NCBI GenBank assembly: GCA_964490095.1
Contig: CAZBAA010000001.1
Coordinates: 1-29,059, forward strand
Direction: 5' to 3'
Length of the DNA stretch: 29,059 nucleotides
Source: an uncultured Candidatus Saccharibacteria bacterium
GTDB lineage: Bacteria > Patescibacteriota > Minisyncoccia > Minisyncoccales > Staskawiczbacteraceae
In this document: piece by piece, positions 16,669-24,330 of the stretch
Numbering within the stretch: position 1 is the first letter of the stretch
How the letters are laid out: each line of letters opens with the position of its first letter
Translations under genes and position numbers: made by a program
Notes under the pieces: generated by a model
Database searches by the model: none
Told to the model about the DNA's origin: nothing
What the model saw: the letters and a program-made list of their open reading frames with translations, nothing else

Positions 16669-16902
16669 ATGGGATCTCAAAAGATGGAGTTAAAAATTGT
16701 GGAACAAGAGGAAAAAAGACCTGAACCGCTAAATCAATGTTTGGGCATTGATTCTTCCGGCGGGCATTGCACTAAAATGTTGCCAAAAGGCAAACATTTT
16801 TGCAGTTCTTGCATGAAAAGAAATGGTGCAAGGAGCTTGCACGTTAAAGAGTCGTCATCAAAAAACAGACAACGTAGGGGGCGCTCGCTCCAAGACATTT
16901 AG
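16669..16902 (+). CDS. Small hypothetical protein with a Cys4 (possible Zn-finger) motif and a basic tail
   Basis: It has its own promoter, an SD-like GAAAGGA, an ATG and a terminator, and fills the tyrS-murC gap. Cys spacing is C-x9-C-x10-C-x2-C. Confidence 0.7.
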   Translation: MGSQKMELKIVEQEEKRPEPLNQCLGIDSSGGHCTKMLPKGKHFCSSCMKRNGARSLHVKESSSKNRQRRGRSLQDI

Positions 16903-16933
16903 TTTTTTTTGCCGTTCCCAGTTTTTTATAATT

Positions 16934-16960
16934 AGAGCTGAATAAAATCGGCTCTTTTTT
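16934..16960 (+). terminator. Intrinsic terminator after the small ORF
   Basis: AGAGCTGA-ATAAAA-TCGGCTCT (8-bp stem, one G-U pair) followed by TTTTT. Confidence 0.75.
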
Positions 16961-18269
16961 ATTGAAATTTACCAGCAAGCTCATATATGTCGCCGGCCCC
17001 CATGATTATTAAAACTTCTATGTTCTTGATTTTCTTTTTCAAAAACTCTTCTAGTTTTTTCGTCGGTACATAAATTACACTTTTTCTTGCTATTTTTTCA
17101 ACCAACCTTTTTGAATTTACTTGCGAATTAATTTTTTTTGTTTCCCGTCCGGCAACGTCATAAATGTCGGTGATTATAATCTTATCAATAAATTCATTTT
17201 CAGCTTGCCGAATAACTTTCATAAAGTCCTTAAATAAATAATGCGTTCTTTGGTGCTGGTGCGGCTGAAAAACGCACCAAATTTCTTTCTTTGAATACTT
17301 TTCTCTGACAGCTTTTAAAGTCACTAAAACTTCTGTCGGGTGATGGCCGTAATCGCTGATGATTTTTAACTTAGTATTCTTAAATTTCAAATTATGTTCT
17401 TCAAAACGGCGCCAGCTTCCCTTATATTGAGATAAAACCTTAAAAGAAATTTTATTTGGAACTCTTAAAATCTTCGCTACTGCCAAAACAGCTAAGGCAT
17501 TGTAAACATTGTGTTGACCGGGTATTCTTAAAACTTTTTTTAATTTTTGAGACTCTTTTTGTTTTATTGAATAAAAAATCGTTTCGTATTGACCCTCTTT
17601 TATTGTCTTATTGATATTTTTGTCTTCTTTGTTGGCTACCAAAATACCATCTCTTTTCAAGTGGCTCAAATATTTTTTATAAGTTCTTATCACATTATTT
17701 AGGGTTTTATAGTAATCTAAGTGTTCTTTTTCAATATTTGTCAACACAATGACCTTGGGCCAATAATTTAAAAACGAGGCGAAATGCTCGTCTGCTTCAA
17801 TCACCAACACTCTGCTCTTCCCTACTCTAAAATTTGTATCTCCAAACTCCCTAAGTTTTGTGCCCAAAATAACAGTAGGGTCAACACCACCCTTAATCAA
17901 AACCAAGGCAATCATTGCCGTAGTAGTGCTTTTCCCATGGGTGCCGGAAACAGCAATTGTGAAATACTCTTTTGTTAAATCGCCAAGAGCTTCAGGATAA
18001 CTTTGCAATTTGATATCTGATTCTTTTGCCTTTTTATATTCGGGGTTATCGGGCCTTACCGCTGGGCTGTAAATGACTAAATCTGCCTCCTCGCTTAAAT
18101 TATTTTTTGAGTGCGGGCCAGTAATAATTTTAACCCCTTTTTTACGTAATAATTCTGTAATTTCAGATGGCACCAAATCAGACCCACTGACAATATGCCC
18201 CTTTGAAAAATAATATTGGGCTAACGCCGAAACACCTATGCCTCCAATACCAATAAAATGAATTCTCAT
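16959..18269 (-). CDS. murC: UDP-N-acetylmuramate--L-alanine ligase
   Basis: IHFIGIGGIGVSALA, VSGTHGKSTTT, IEADE, SDYGHHPTE and FQPH. Confidence 0.97.
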   Translation of the reverse strand: MRIHFIGIGGIGVSALAQYYFSKGHIVSGSDLVPSEITELLRKKGVKIITGPHSKNNLSEEADLVIYSPAVRPDNPEYKKAKESDIKLQSYPEALGDLTKEYFTIAVSGTHGKSTTTAMIALVLIKGGVDPTVILGTKLREFGDTNFRVGKSRVLVIEADEHFASFLNYWPKVIVLTNIEKEHLDYYKTLNNVIRTYKKYLSHLKRDGILVANKEDKNINKTIKEGQYETIFYSIKQKESQKLKKVLRIPGQHNVYNALAVLAVAKILRVPNKISFKVLSQYKGSWRRFEEHNLKFKNTKLKIISDYGHHPTEVLVTLKAVREKYSKKEIWCVFQPHQHQRTHYLFKDFMKVIRQAENEFIDKIIITDIYDVAGRETKKINSQVNSKRLVEKIARKSVIYVPTKKLEEFLKKKIKNIEVLIIMGAGDIYELAGKFQ

Positions 18270-18327
18270 ATTAATTACTATAATTCAGTTGAATTTTATC
18301 ACAAAAAGAGCTAAAAACAAGTTATAT

Positions 18328-18996
18328 ATGAATGAAAAAATATCAAAAATTTTCAACGACATGGCGAATCTCTTAGAAATTAAGGGGGAAACTTCTTTTA
18401 GAATTAATGCTTACAAAAAAGCTGCCAAACTTTTAGAATCTCTCAAAGAAGATGTTTTTACCATTTACAAAGAAAAAGGCACTAAAGGCATAAAAAAAAT
18501 TGAAGGCGTCGGGGAAAGCATTGCGAAAAAAATTGAAGAGTACATAAAAAAAGGAAAAATCAAATACTATGAGAACTTAAAGGAAGAAACGGCGATTAGA
18601 CAAGTTATCACTCACTTTTTTCAATCAAAAGGACTGTCGCTGCAGGAATTGAAAGAAAATGCCAAAAAAAGAAAAATTATCTACTCAAGATTCACTAAGC
18701 CCGCCAAACAGCTTTTAGAATTGGCCGGATCAGTAGAAAAAGCCAAAGAAGCAATTAACAAGGTTTCTTTGTGGGCAAGCTCCAGAAAACTTGATTACGC
18801 TATTGAAACTGTTTTCAAAAAATGGTTGGAATTGGACCGCTTAAAACCAAAAGAAATAGTTAAAAAGCCGTTTTACAAAGGCGACCCAATGGTTTGGTCG
18901 GAATCAAAGAAAAAATGGTTTGTGATTTCAAAACATAATGAATGGCTGGAATTTGCCGACAAAGAAAACACAATTGAGTGGAAAGTAATAGAATAA
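18328..18996 (+). CDS. Protein with a DNA polymerase X/beta N-terminal 8-kDa (HHH_8) domain fused to an uncharacterised C-terminal domain
   Basis: NEKISKIFNDMANLLEIKGE..FRINAYKKAA...IEGVGESIAKKIEEY is the PolX N-terminus, but no polymerase palm follows. The ATG at 18328 is preferred over the TTG at 18289. Confidence 0.8.
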   Translation: MNEKISKIFNDMANLLEIKGETSFRINAYKKAAKLLESLKEDVFTIYKEKGTKGIKKIEGVGESIAKKIEEYIKKGKIKYYENLKEETAIRQVITHFFQSKGLSLQELKENAKKRKIIYSRFTKPAKQLLELAGSVEKAKEAINKVSLWASSRKLDYAIETVFKKWLELDRLKPKEIVKKPFYKGDPMVWSESKKKWFVISKHNEWLEFADKENTIEWKVIE

Positions 18997-19011
18997 AAAG
19001 CGAAAATAATC

Positions 19012-19572
19012 ATGCTTACACATACGGATTTAAAAAAGGGAGTGAGATTTATTTATGAAGACCAACCCTGGGAAGTTTTAGAGGCCCGGCTTTTAAAATT
19101 GGCCAGGAGCAAATCTGTTGTTCAAAGTAAAATCAAAAACCTTATTTCTGGCGCTGTAAAAGAAAAAAACTTCCAGCAGGGAAATGTTTTTAACGAAGCG
19201 GAGCTGGAAAAGAAAAACATTAAATTCTTGTATTCTAACAAAGGGTATTATTTTTTCTGCGAAGAAAGAGATCCTTCAAAAAGGTTTTCTTTTACCCAAG
19301 AACAAATTGGCAAGCAAGCCAAATTTCTAAAAAATAATTCTTTGGTTGAAGGGATAATTTTTAATGACCAAATTGTAAACGTTTTCTTACCGATTAAAGT
19401 ACAATTAAAAGTTAAAGAAGCGCCACCGGGACTTAAGGGAGACCGAGCTCAAGGAGGAACAAAACCCGCTATATTAGAATCTGGGGCTGAAGTACAAGTC
19501 CCCTTGTTTATCAAAGAAGGCGACATTATTGAAATAAACACCCAAACCGAAGAGTACACAAAAAGAATCTAG
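19012..19572 (+). CDS. efp: Elongation factor P
   Basis: DLKKG...NLISG, LPIKVQLKV..APPGLKGD...GGTKPA.LESGA.VQVPLFIKEGD.I.INT. Confidence 0.93.
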   Translation: MLTHTDLKKGVRFIYEDQPWEVLEARLLKLARSKSVVQSKIKNLISGAVKEKNFQQGNVFNEAELEKKNIKFLYSNKGYYFFCEERDPSKRFSFTQEQIGKQAKFLKNNSLVEGIIFNDQIVNVFLPIKVQLKVKEAPPGLKGDRAQGGTKPAILESGAEVQVPLFIKEGDIIEINTQTEEYTKRI

Positions 19573-22001
19573 GAAAACTCTCTTTGGCTAATTTCTTTTT
19601 CTGCTATTGCCCTTGTTTTGCTGTACTTCAGTTTTGATATTTTTTTCAGCGCCTCTACTATTTCTGGCTTGCCCTTTTGGGGTTTTATTAACTGCATTTT
19701 AAAAGGAGTTGACGTTTTATTGTTTATCATCATTTTCAAAATCAGTGTAAAATTATCAAGATTGACCAAGTCAAATCTTGAAAATTCCGGCTCAAATTGT
19801 TTTTCTAAAAACTCAGCGTCTTGGGCCCCCACCCTAAAGGCTCCTATTGTGCCGACATTGCCAAAAACGGCGTTTTTAATTTGATCAGTCAACTGGGGAA
19901 TATATTGGTGGGCTATTGTTAAGTTTAATTTATATTTCCTGGCCTCAGATAAAATTGTAGTAATGCTGTCTGTTGTAAAGTTTTGAAACTCGTCAACATA
20001 CAAATAAAAATCTTTCCTCTGCTCTTCTGGAACCCTGGCTCTTTTCATAGCCGCCATTTGTATTTTTGAGACTAAAATCAAACCCAACAAAGAACTGTTC
20101 ACCTCGCCTGTCAATCCTTTTGATAAGTTGGCTAAAAATATCTTGCCTTCATCCATTATTTCAGCTAAATCAAACCCGGAGTGAGATTGCCCAATAATAT
20201 TTCTCATCATCTCGTTTTCAATAAATCGGCCGACTTTGGAAACAACATAACCTAACATATCAGACCTAGTGCTGCCGGTGGTTTGCGCCCATTCTTTTAA
20301 CCAAAAATTTCTGACAACGGGGTCGGTAACTTTAGCCAATCTTGTTTGCAAAAACCCGCTGTCGGTAAACATTTTAGGTATTTCAACTAAAGTGCCAGGA
20401 TTATCTTTGTCGGCCATTAAAGCCAACATTGCATTTCTCATATAGTGCTCAAACATCGGTCCTATTATTTCCGGCGGGAATAATTTGTAAAAAATAGATA
20501 TCATTTCCTGGACGGCAAAATCTTTTTGCTCTGGCGTATCATATTCAAGCATATTCAAGCCGGCAGGCCTTTCCAAATCAAATGGCTCAAACAAAACAAC
20601 GTCGTCAGCTCTCTTTCTCGGTATGTAAGATAAAATGTCGTTAATTAACTCGCCGTGCGGGTCAACTACGGCCACCCCCTCGCCGTTTTCAATGTCTTGT
20701 CTTATCATTTCTTTCAACAAAGTGGTCTTACCCGTGCCTGTTTGACCAACAATATAAAAATGCCTTCTTCTGTCTTCTCTTGAAGCAAAATAAACATTTT
20801 TTTCATCACCGCGAAAAAGCGCTTTGCCGATTAGGCTAACGCCGCTTTCCGGCATATCGGAAGGCGGGGCCGAAGTCAAGGATTTTACAGATTTAATGTA
20901 AGGAGTTTTAATAAAGTGCGTTGGAAAGTGATAGACACTAGCCAACTCTTCTAAGTTCAAGATATTGGCCTGCCCGGCATCAAAATTTCTAAAACTGAAA
21001 TTATAAACTAATCTTTTTAATTCTTTCTTGTAGACGTTTTTGGGCTCAAAATTATTGATAGCTGACAAAGAAAATTGTGAAAAAGCGCTTTTTAAGTGCT
21101 CTAAAATTTCCTCTGCTCTAACTGCGGTTTTAGCGCAAGCAAGTATTCTTATATTTACATCAAATAATTGTTTTTGGATTTTGTTGGAAATTGCGTCGTA
21201 ATCCCTTTGATCAACACCTTGCTGTTTATTTTTTGTATCATCAAAACCATCTTTACTTTTTAAGCCAGAAGGGCCCCTAAATATTTCCTCAATAACCTTA
21301 AAATATCCTGGCCTTAAAACTTCGGCAACTGCTATTCTGGCCGATTTACCCTCTCTAATTTTTGCCAAGACCTTTTCTCCTTTTTGCCTTAAATTCAAGC
21401 TAGCCAGGGGCCTGATTATTATTTGAATGGCGGCCCCTTCGCTGGCCGTAATTTTACTTAGGTTATTAGTAATAGTTGAAAGAGGATCCTTTTCCAAACT
21501 TTGGTAAGTGCTGATTGGAAACAAAGGACTTTCTTTCAACTTCAAATATGCCCCAGCTGTCACCGACTGCGGTTCAAAAATAGTATAATCTTGAGGAACC
21601 TTTTCTACAATTGCCCTGGGGTATACGCCTTGTACGTACTTTTCAAAAGCGGCATCCAAATATTTAGGGACCGCCACATAAAACGAAATATCATCGCTTC
21701 CTATTTGCGAAGCAATTTCAAAGGCCACAGAGGGCGGTTCTTGAAATAGTTTATTTTTTTTCAAGTACAAGAAATTAGAAAAAACCTGCTCCATTTGAGA
21801 AATTAGGGTCTTCTCTTCTTTTTTCATTAAGTCGTCTTTGTTCAAATCGTGTTTGGGCATCATAACTAAAAAAAGGGCAGATTCTAATCCGCCACAAACA
21901 CTATTTTTTTCTTTTTTTTCATAAAGAAAAACTAAAGCAAATGCAAGTAAAACTAAAAGAAAAACTAAAGCAAATGCAGCCAATAGGTAAAATAGAGGCA
22001 T
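19569..22001 (-). CDS. Membrane-anchored VirB4/VirD4(TraG)/HerA-like P-loop ATPase
   Basis: N-terminal TM segment; RRRHFYIVGQTGTGKT (Walker A), VVDPHG, LYVDEFQNF (Walker B), SEARKY, AHQYI.QL and FGNVGT. Confidence 0.88.
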   Translation of the reverse strand: MPLFYLLAAFALVFLLVLLAFALVFLYEKKEKNSVCGGLESALFLVMMPKHDLNKDDLMKKEEKTLISQMEQVFSNFLYLKKNKLFQEPPSVAFEIASQIGSDDISFYVAVPKYLDAAFEKYVQGVYPRAIVEKVPQDYTIFEPQSVTAGAYLKLKESPLFPISTYQSLEKDPLSTITNNLSKITASEGAAIQIIIRPLASLNLRQKGEKVLAKIREGKSARIAVAEVLRPGYFKVIEEIFRGPSGLKSKDGFDDTKNKQQGVDQRDYDAISNKIQKQLFDVNIRILACAKTAVRAEEILEHLKSAFSQFSLSAINNFEPKNVYKKELKRLVYNFSFRNFDAGQANILNLEELASVYHFPTHFIKTPYIKSVKSLTSAPPSDMPESGVSLIGKALFRGDEKNVYFASREDRRRHFYIVGQTGTGKTTLLKEMIRQDIENGEGVAVVDPHGELINDILSYIPRKRADDVVLFEPFDLERPAGLNMLEYDTPEQKDFAVQEMISIFYKLFPPEIIGPMFEHYMRNAMLALMADKDNPGTLVEIPKMFTDSGFLQTRLAKVTDPVVRNFWLKEWAQTTGSTRSDMLGYVVSKVGRFIENEMMRNIIGQSHSGFDLAEIMDEGKIFLANLSKGLTGEVNSSLLGLILVSKIQMAAMKRARVPEEQRKDFYLYVDEFQNFTTDSITTILSEARKYKLNLTIAHQYIPQLTDQIKNAVFGNVGTIGAFRVGAQDAEFLEKQFEPEFSRFDLVNLDNFTLILKMMINNKTSTPFKMQLIKPQKGKPEIVEALKKISKLKYSKTRAIAEKEISQREFS
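21923..21978. repeat. 23-bp direct repeat with a 33-bp period in the ATPase TM segment
   Basis: AAAGAAAAACTAAAGCAAATGCA at 21923-21945 and 21956-21978. It encodes AFALVFL twice. Confidence 0.85.
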
Positions 22002-22012
22002 ATGTCAAAATT

Positions 22013-22414
22013 TTACTTTAAAAATTGTTTGTAAATTAACCACTCTTTAACTAATATATCGTGAAAAATATCCAAAATATAAGGGTCGTTCATCTGTTTT
22101 GCGACTCTTACTGCGAAAACTATGCCTTTTTGCTTTGTAATTTCCAATAAATGCTCAATTTTCTCTTCTTCACCCAAAACCTGAATTTTTTTTACCTTCT
22201 CTGCAACTTCTTCTTTTAAACTGTCGTCCAATTCCATTTTATCTATTTCTCTTTTTAGGGCTTCTTTCGTAATAATCTCCTCAGGAGAAGGTTCCCTCTC
22301 TATTTTTTTCTCTCCTTCTTGAAAAATTTCTACTCTTCCCTCTCCAGACAAACTCCCACCAGAAGGCCGTTTTATTTCCCCCGACTCTTCAGGTAAGTTA
22401 TTTTCCTTTGCCAT
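22013..22414 (-). CDS. Hypothetical protein (133 aa), acidic and helical
   Basis: ATG start, in the operon directly upstream of the ATPase. C-terminal AVRVAKQMNDPYILDIFHD motif. Confidence 0.75.
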   Translation of the reverse strand: MAKENNLPEESGEIKRPSGGSLSGEGRVEIFQEGEKKIEREPSPEEIITKEALKREIDKMELDDSLKEEVAEKVKKIQVLGEEEKIEHLLEITKQKGIVFAVRVAKQMNDPYILDIFHDILVKEWLIYKQFLK

Positions 22415-22418
22415 AAAC

Positions 22419-23042
22419 TTATTGAGTTACTATTAAATCTATCAGGGCTGTTTCTTTATCTTTTTCGTTGGAAGAAAAGCTGGTGGAATTTTCTTTTTTG
22501 AAGGCCGAGACAATTATTTTCAAACCGGTAGAAATTCTCGAGACCTCATATATTTTGATGCAGGGAGTTGCGGCAAACTCTGGTTTTAACAAAGCGCTGC
22601 ACAAATCCGGGTCTGGCAGCCAAGCATCCGCCGTTTGGTCTAGCGGCACATAGTTTCTTCCCTCTGAATCGACTATATTACCAATATCCCACACTCTTTC
22701 TGGTATGTTTTCTTTTCCTTTATTTTGAGCTCCTATTGTAACAGTTATAAACTTTTCTGTAGTAATCAAATTGTTCTGCCAATCAGGGAACCTAGATTGA
22801 AAACCAGATAAAATTTTGCCCATATCTCTGGCCTCCTGAAACGTAAATTTTATATCGCCCAACGTTGCCTCGTATGTTACTTTGGGAACATTTGATTCCT
22901 CAATCGGAGGTTTGGGCGGTGTGGATGTTGCTCTCACAACTATAAAAACAATTACCGCAGCAACAAAAATAATGATCGCCAAAACCAAAAGCAACCTGGA
23001 AACCTGCCCGCTTTGGAATGAAAATAATTTTTTATTTATCAT
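22419..23042 (-). CDS. Membrane-anchored hypothetical protein with a DUF4352-like Ig fold
   Basis: TM LLLVLAIIIFVAAVIVFIVV; KFITVTIGAQNKGKE...IVDSEGRNY resembles DUF4352. The ATG at 23042 is preferred. Confidence 0.65.
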   Translation of the reverse strand: MINKKLFSFQSGQVSRLLLVLAIIIFVAAVIVFIVVRATSTPPKPPIEESNVPKVTYEATLGDIKFTFQEARDMGKILSGFQSRFPDWQNNLITTEKFITVTIGAQNKGKENIPERVWDIGNIVDSEGRNYVPLDQTADAWLPDPDLCSALLKPEFAATPCIKIYEVSRISTGLKIIVSAFKKENSTSFSSNEKDKETALIDLIVTQ

Positions 23043-23081
23043 ATTACTCAATTCTACTCTTTTTGGAAGATTCCAGCAACT

Positions 23082-23873
23082 TTAAGAAACTACTATGTAC
23101 CTCCATTTGCCGTATTGATCTCGAAAAAATTGGAAACTATTATACCCGAATGTTTTAAGTATTTTTTCAACTTCTTTTTTTTGAACAAAATCAAACTCCA
23201 TATAAATCCGGCCGCCCTTTTTTAAATGTTTCTTAGCATCTTTTAAAAACTTTCTAATATAAAAAAGCCCGTCCTTTCCACCAAGCAAGGCAAGTTTTGG
23301 CTCAAAATTTAAAACTGACTTTTGGATTCTATCTTTTCTTGTTGTAACAATGTACGGTGGGTTGGCAAAAATATAATCATATTTTCCCCTAATCTTGCTA
23401 AAAATATCCGACTTAATTATTTTACTTCGCCATGCCAAAGCCCTTGGCGAAGGCTGGTTTAACTTCAAATTAATTCGTATTTGCTTTAAGAATTGGTCTT
23501 GCTTTTCTGCAAAATCCACCTTTTGTAAAAACTCGGGGCAAGATTTTAAAACTGCAACTCCTATGCATCCAGAACCTGCAAACACATCTAAGCAAGATAT
23601 TTTTCTGACTTTAGAGTTTTTAATATCTTTGACTGCAGCTTCCGTCCAAAATTCCGTTTCCGGTCTAGGAATTAATGGTCTTTCAGACAGGTCAATTTTA
23701 CAACCTAAAAAGTCAGTGAACCCAATTACATAATCTAGGGGTTCTCCTTTTTTTAATCTTTCAATGTCTAATTTTAATTTTTCCAATCCATCCTCTTTTA
23801 AATCAGACGCCCGAGAACAAGAATACTTTTCTCTTAAAAGCCAGTCAACTTCTCTTTCTAAACTTTTCATCAT
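23082..23873 (-). CDS. prmC: Release factor glutamine methyltransferase (HemK/PrmC)
   Basis: GEPLDYVIG, PLIPRPETE, LDVFAGSGCIG, ANPPY and GGKDGL. An ATG at 23873 or 23870 is preferred over the TTG at 23906. Confidence 0.93.
   Translation of the reverse strand: MMKSLEREVDWLLREKYSCSRASDLKEDGLEKLKLDIERLKKGEPLDYVIGFTDFLGCKIDLSERPLIPRPETEFWTEAAVKDIKNSKVRKISCLDVFAGSGCIGVAVLKSCPEFLQKVDFAEKQDQFLKQIRINLKLNQPSPRALAWRSKIIKSDIFSKIRGKYDYIFANPPYIVTTRKDRIQKSVLNFEPKLALLGGKDGLFYIRKFLKDAKKHLKKGGRIYMEFDFVQKKEVEKILKTFGYNSFQFFRDQYGKWRYIVVS
23425..23452. repeat. GC-rich hairpin inside the prmC coding sequence
   Basis: CTTCGCCA-N12-TGGCGAAG; encodes part of PSPRALAWRS. Confidence 0.55.
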
Positions 23874-23909
23874 ATCTTTCTTTATTATTCTCTTTATAGC
23901 ATACAAATC

Positions 23910-23953
23910 CAGCCAGGTAAATTATTCACGATCGTGAATAATTTACCTGGCTG
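23910..23953. repeat. Perfect 44-bp palindrome
   Basis: CAGCCAGGTAAATTATTCACGA|TCGTGAATAATTTACCTGGCTG, with no loop and no mismatch. Confidence 0.95.
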
Positions 23954-23965
23954 AATCAAACAAAC

Positions 23966-23995
23966 AAAAAAGGCCTAAATTATTTTGGGCCTTTT
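23966..23995 (-). terminator. Intrinsic terminator after rplU
   Basis: Minus strand AAAAGGCC-CAAAATAATTTA-GGCCTTTTTT, starting within the rplU TAA. Confidence 0.7.
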
Positions 23996-24305
23996 AATTC
24001 TTAATTGCTGTGATTTCCACTTCCGTGTAAGGTTGCCGGTGGCCAATTTTTCTTTTGTACCTTTTTTTAGCTTTGTATTTAAAGATAATCAATTTTTGCC
24101 CCTTGCCGTGCTTTAGGATTTTTGCCTCCACCTTAGCCGTTTTAATTTTGGGAGTCCCTATTTCTAATTTTCTGTTTTTTTCTAACAACAAAACATCCGA
24201 GAAAGCAATTTCTGACCCCTCTTTCTTGTCTAATTTTTCCACTTTGATTTTATCACCGGGCGAAACAAGGTACTGCTTGCCGCCGGTTTTAATAACTGCC
24301 AACAT
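23994..24305 (-). CDS. rplU: 50S ribosomal protein L21
   Basis: MLAVIKTGGKQY.V..GD...KYKAKKRY.RKIGHRQPYTEVEI. The true start is the ATG at 24305. Confidence 0.97.
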   Translation of the reverse strand: MLAVIKTGGKQYLVSPGDKIKVEKLDKKEGSEIAFSDVLLLEKNRKLEIGTPKIKTAKVEAKILKHGKGQKLIIFKYKAKKRYKRKIGHRQPYTEVEITAIKN

Positions 24306-24330
24306 AAGGCAAAGTTTAGCAAAAATAGTA

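Noticed and set aside
23874-23953. prmC N-terminal extension reading through the 44-bp palindrome
   Set aside because: An in-frame TAA at 23924-23922 blocks the frame, so the palindrome is non-coding.
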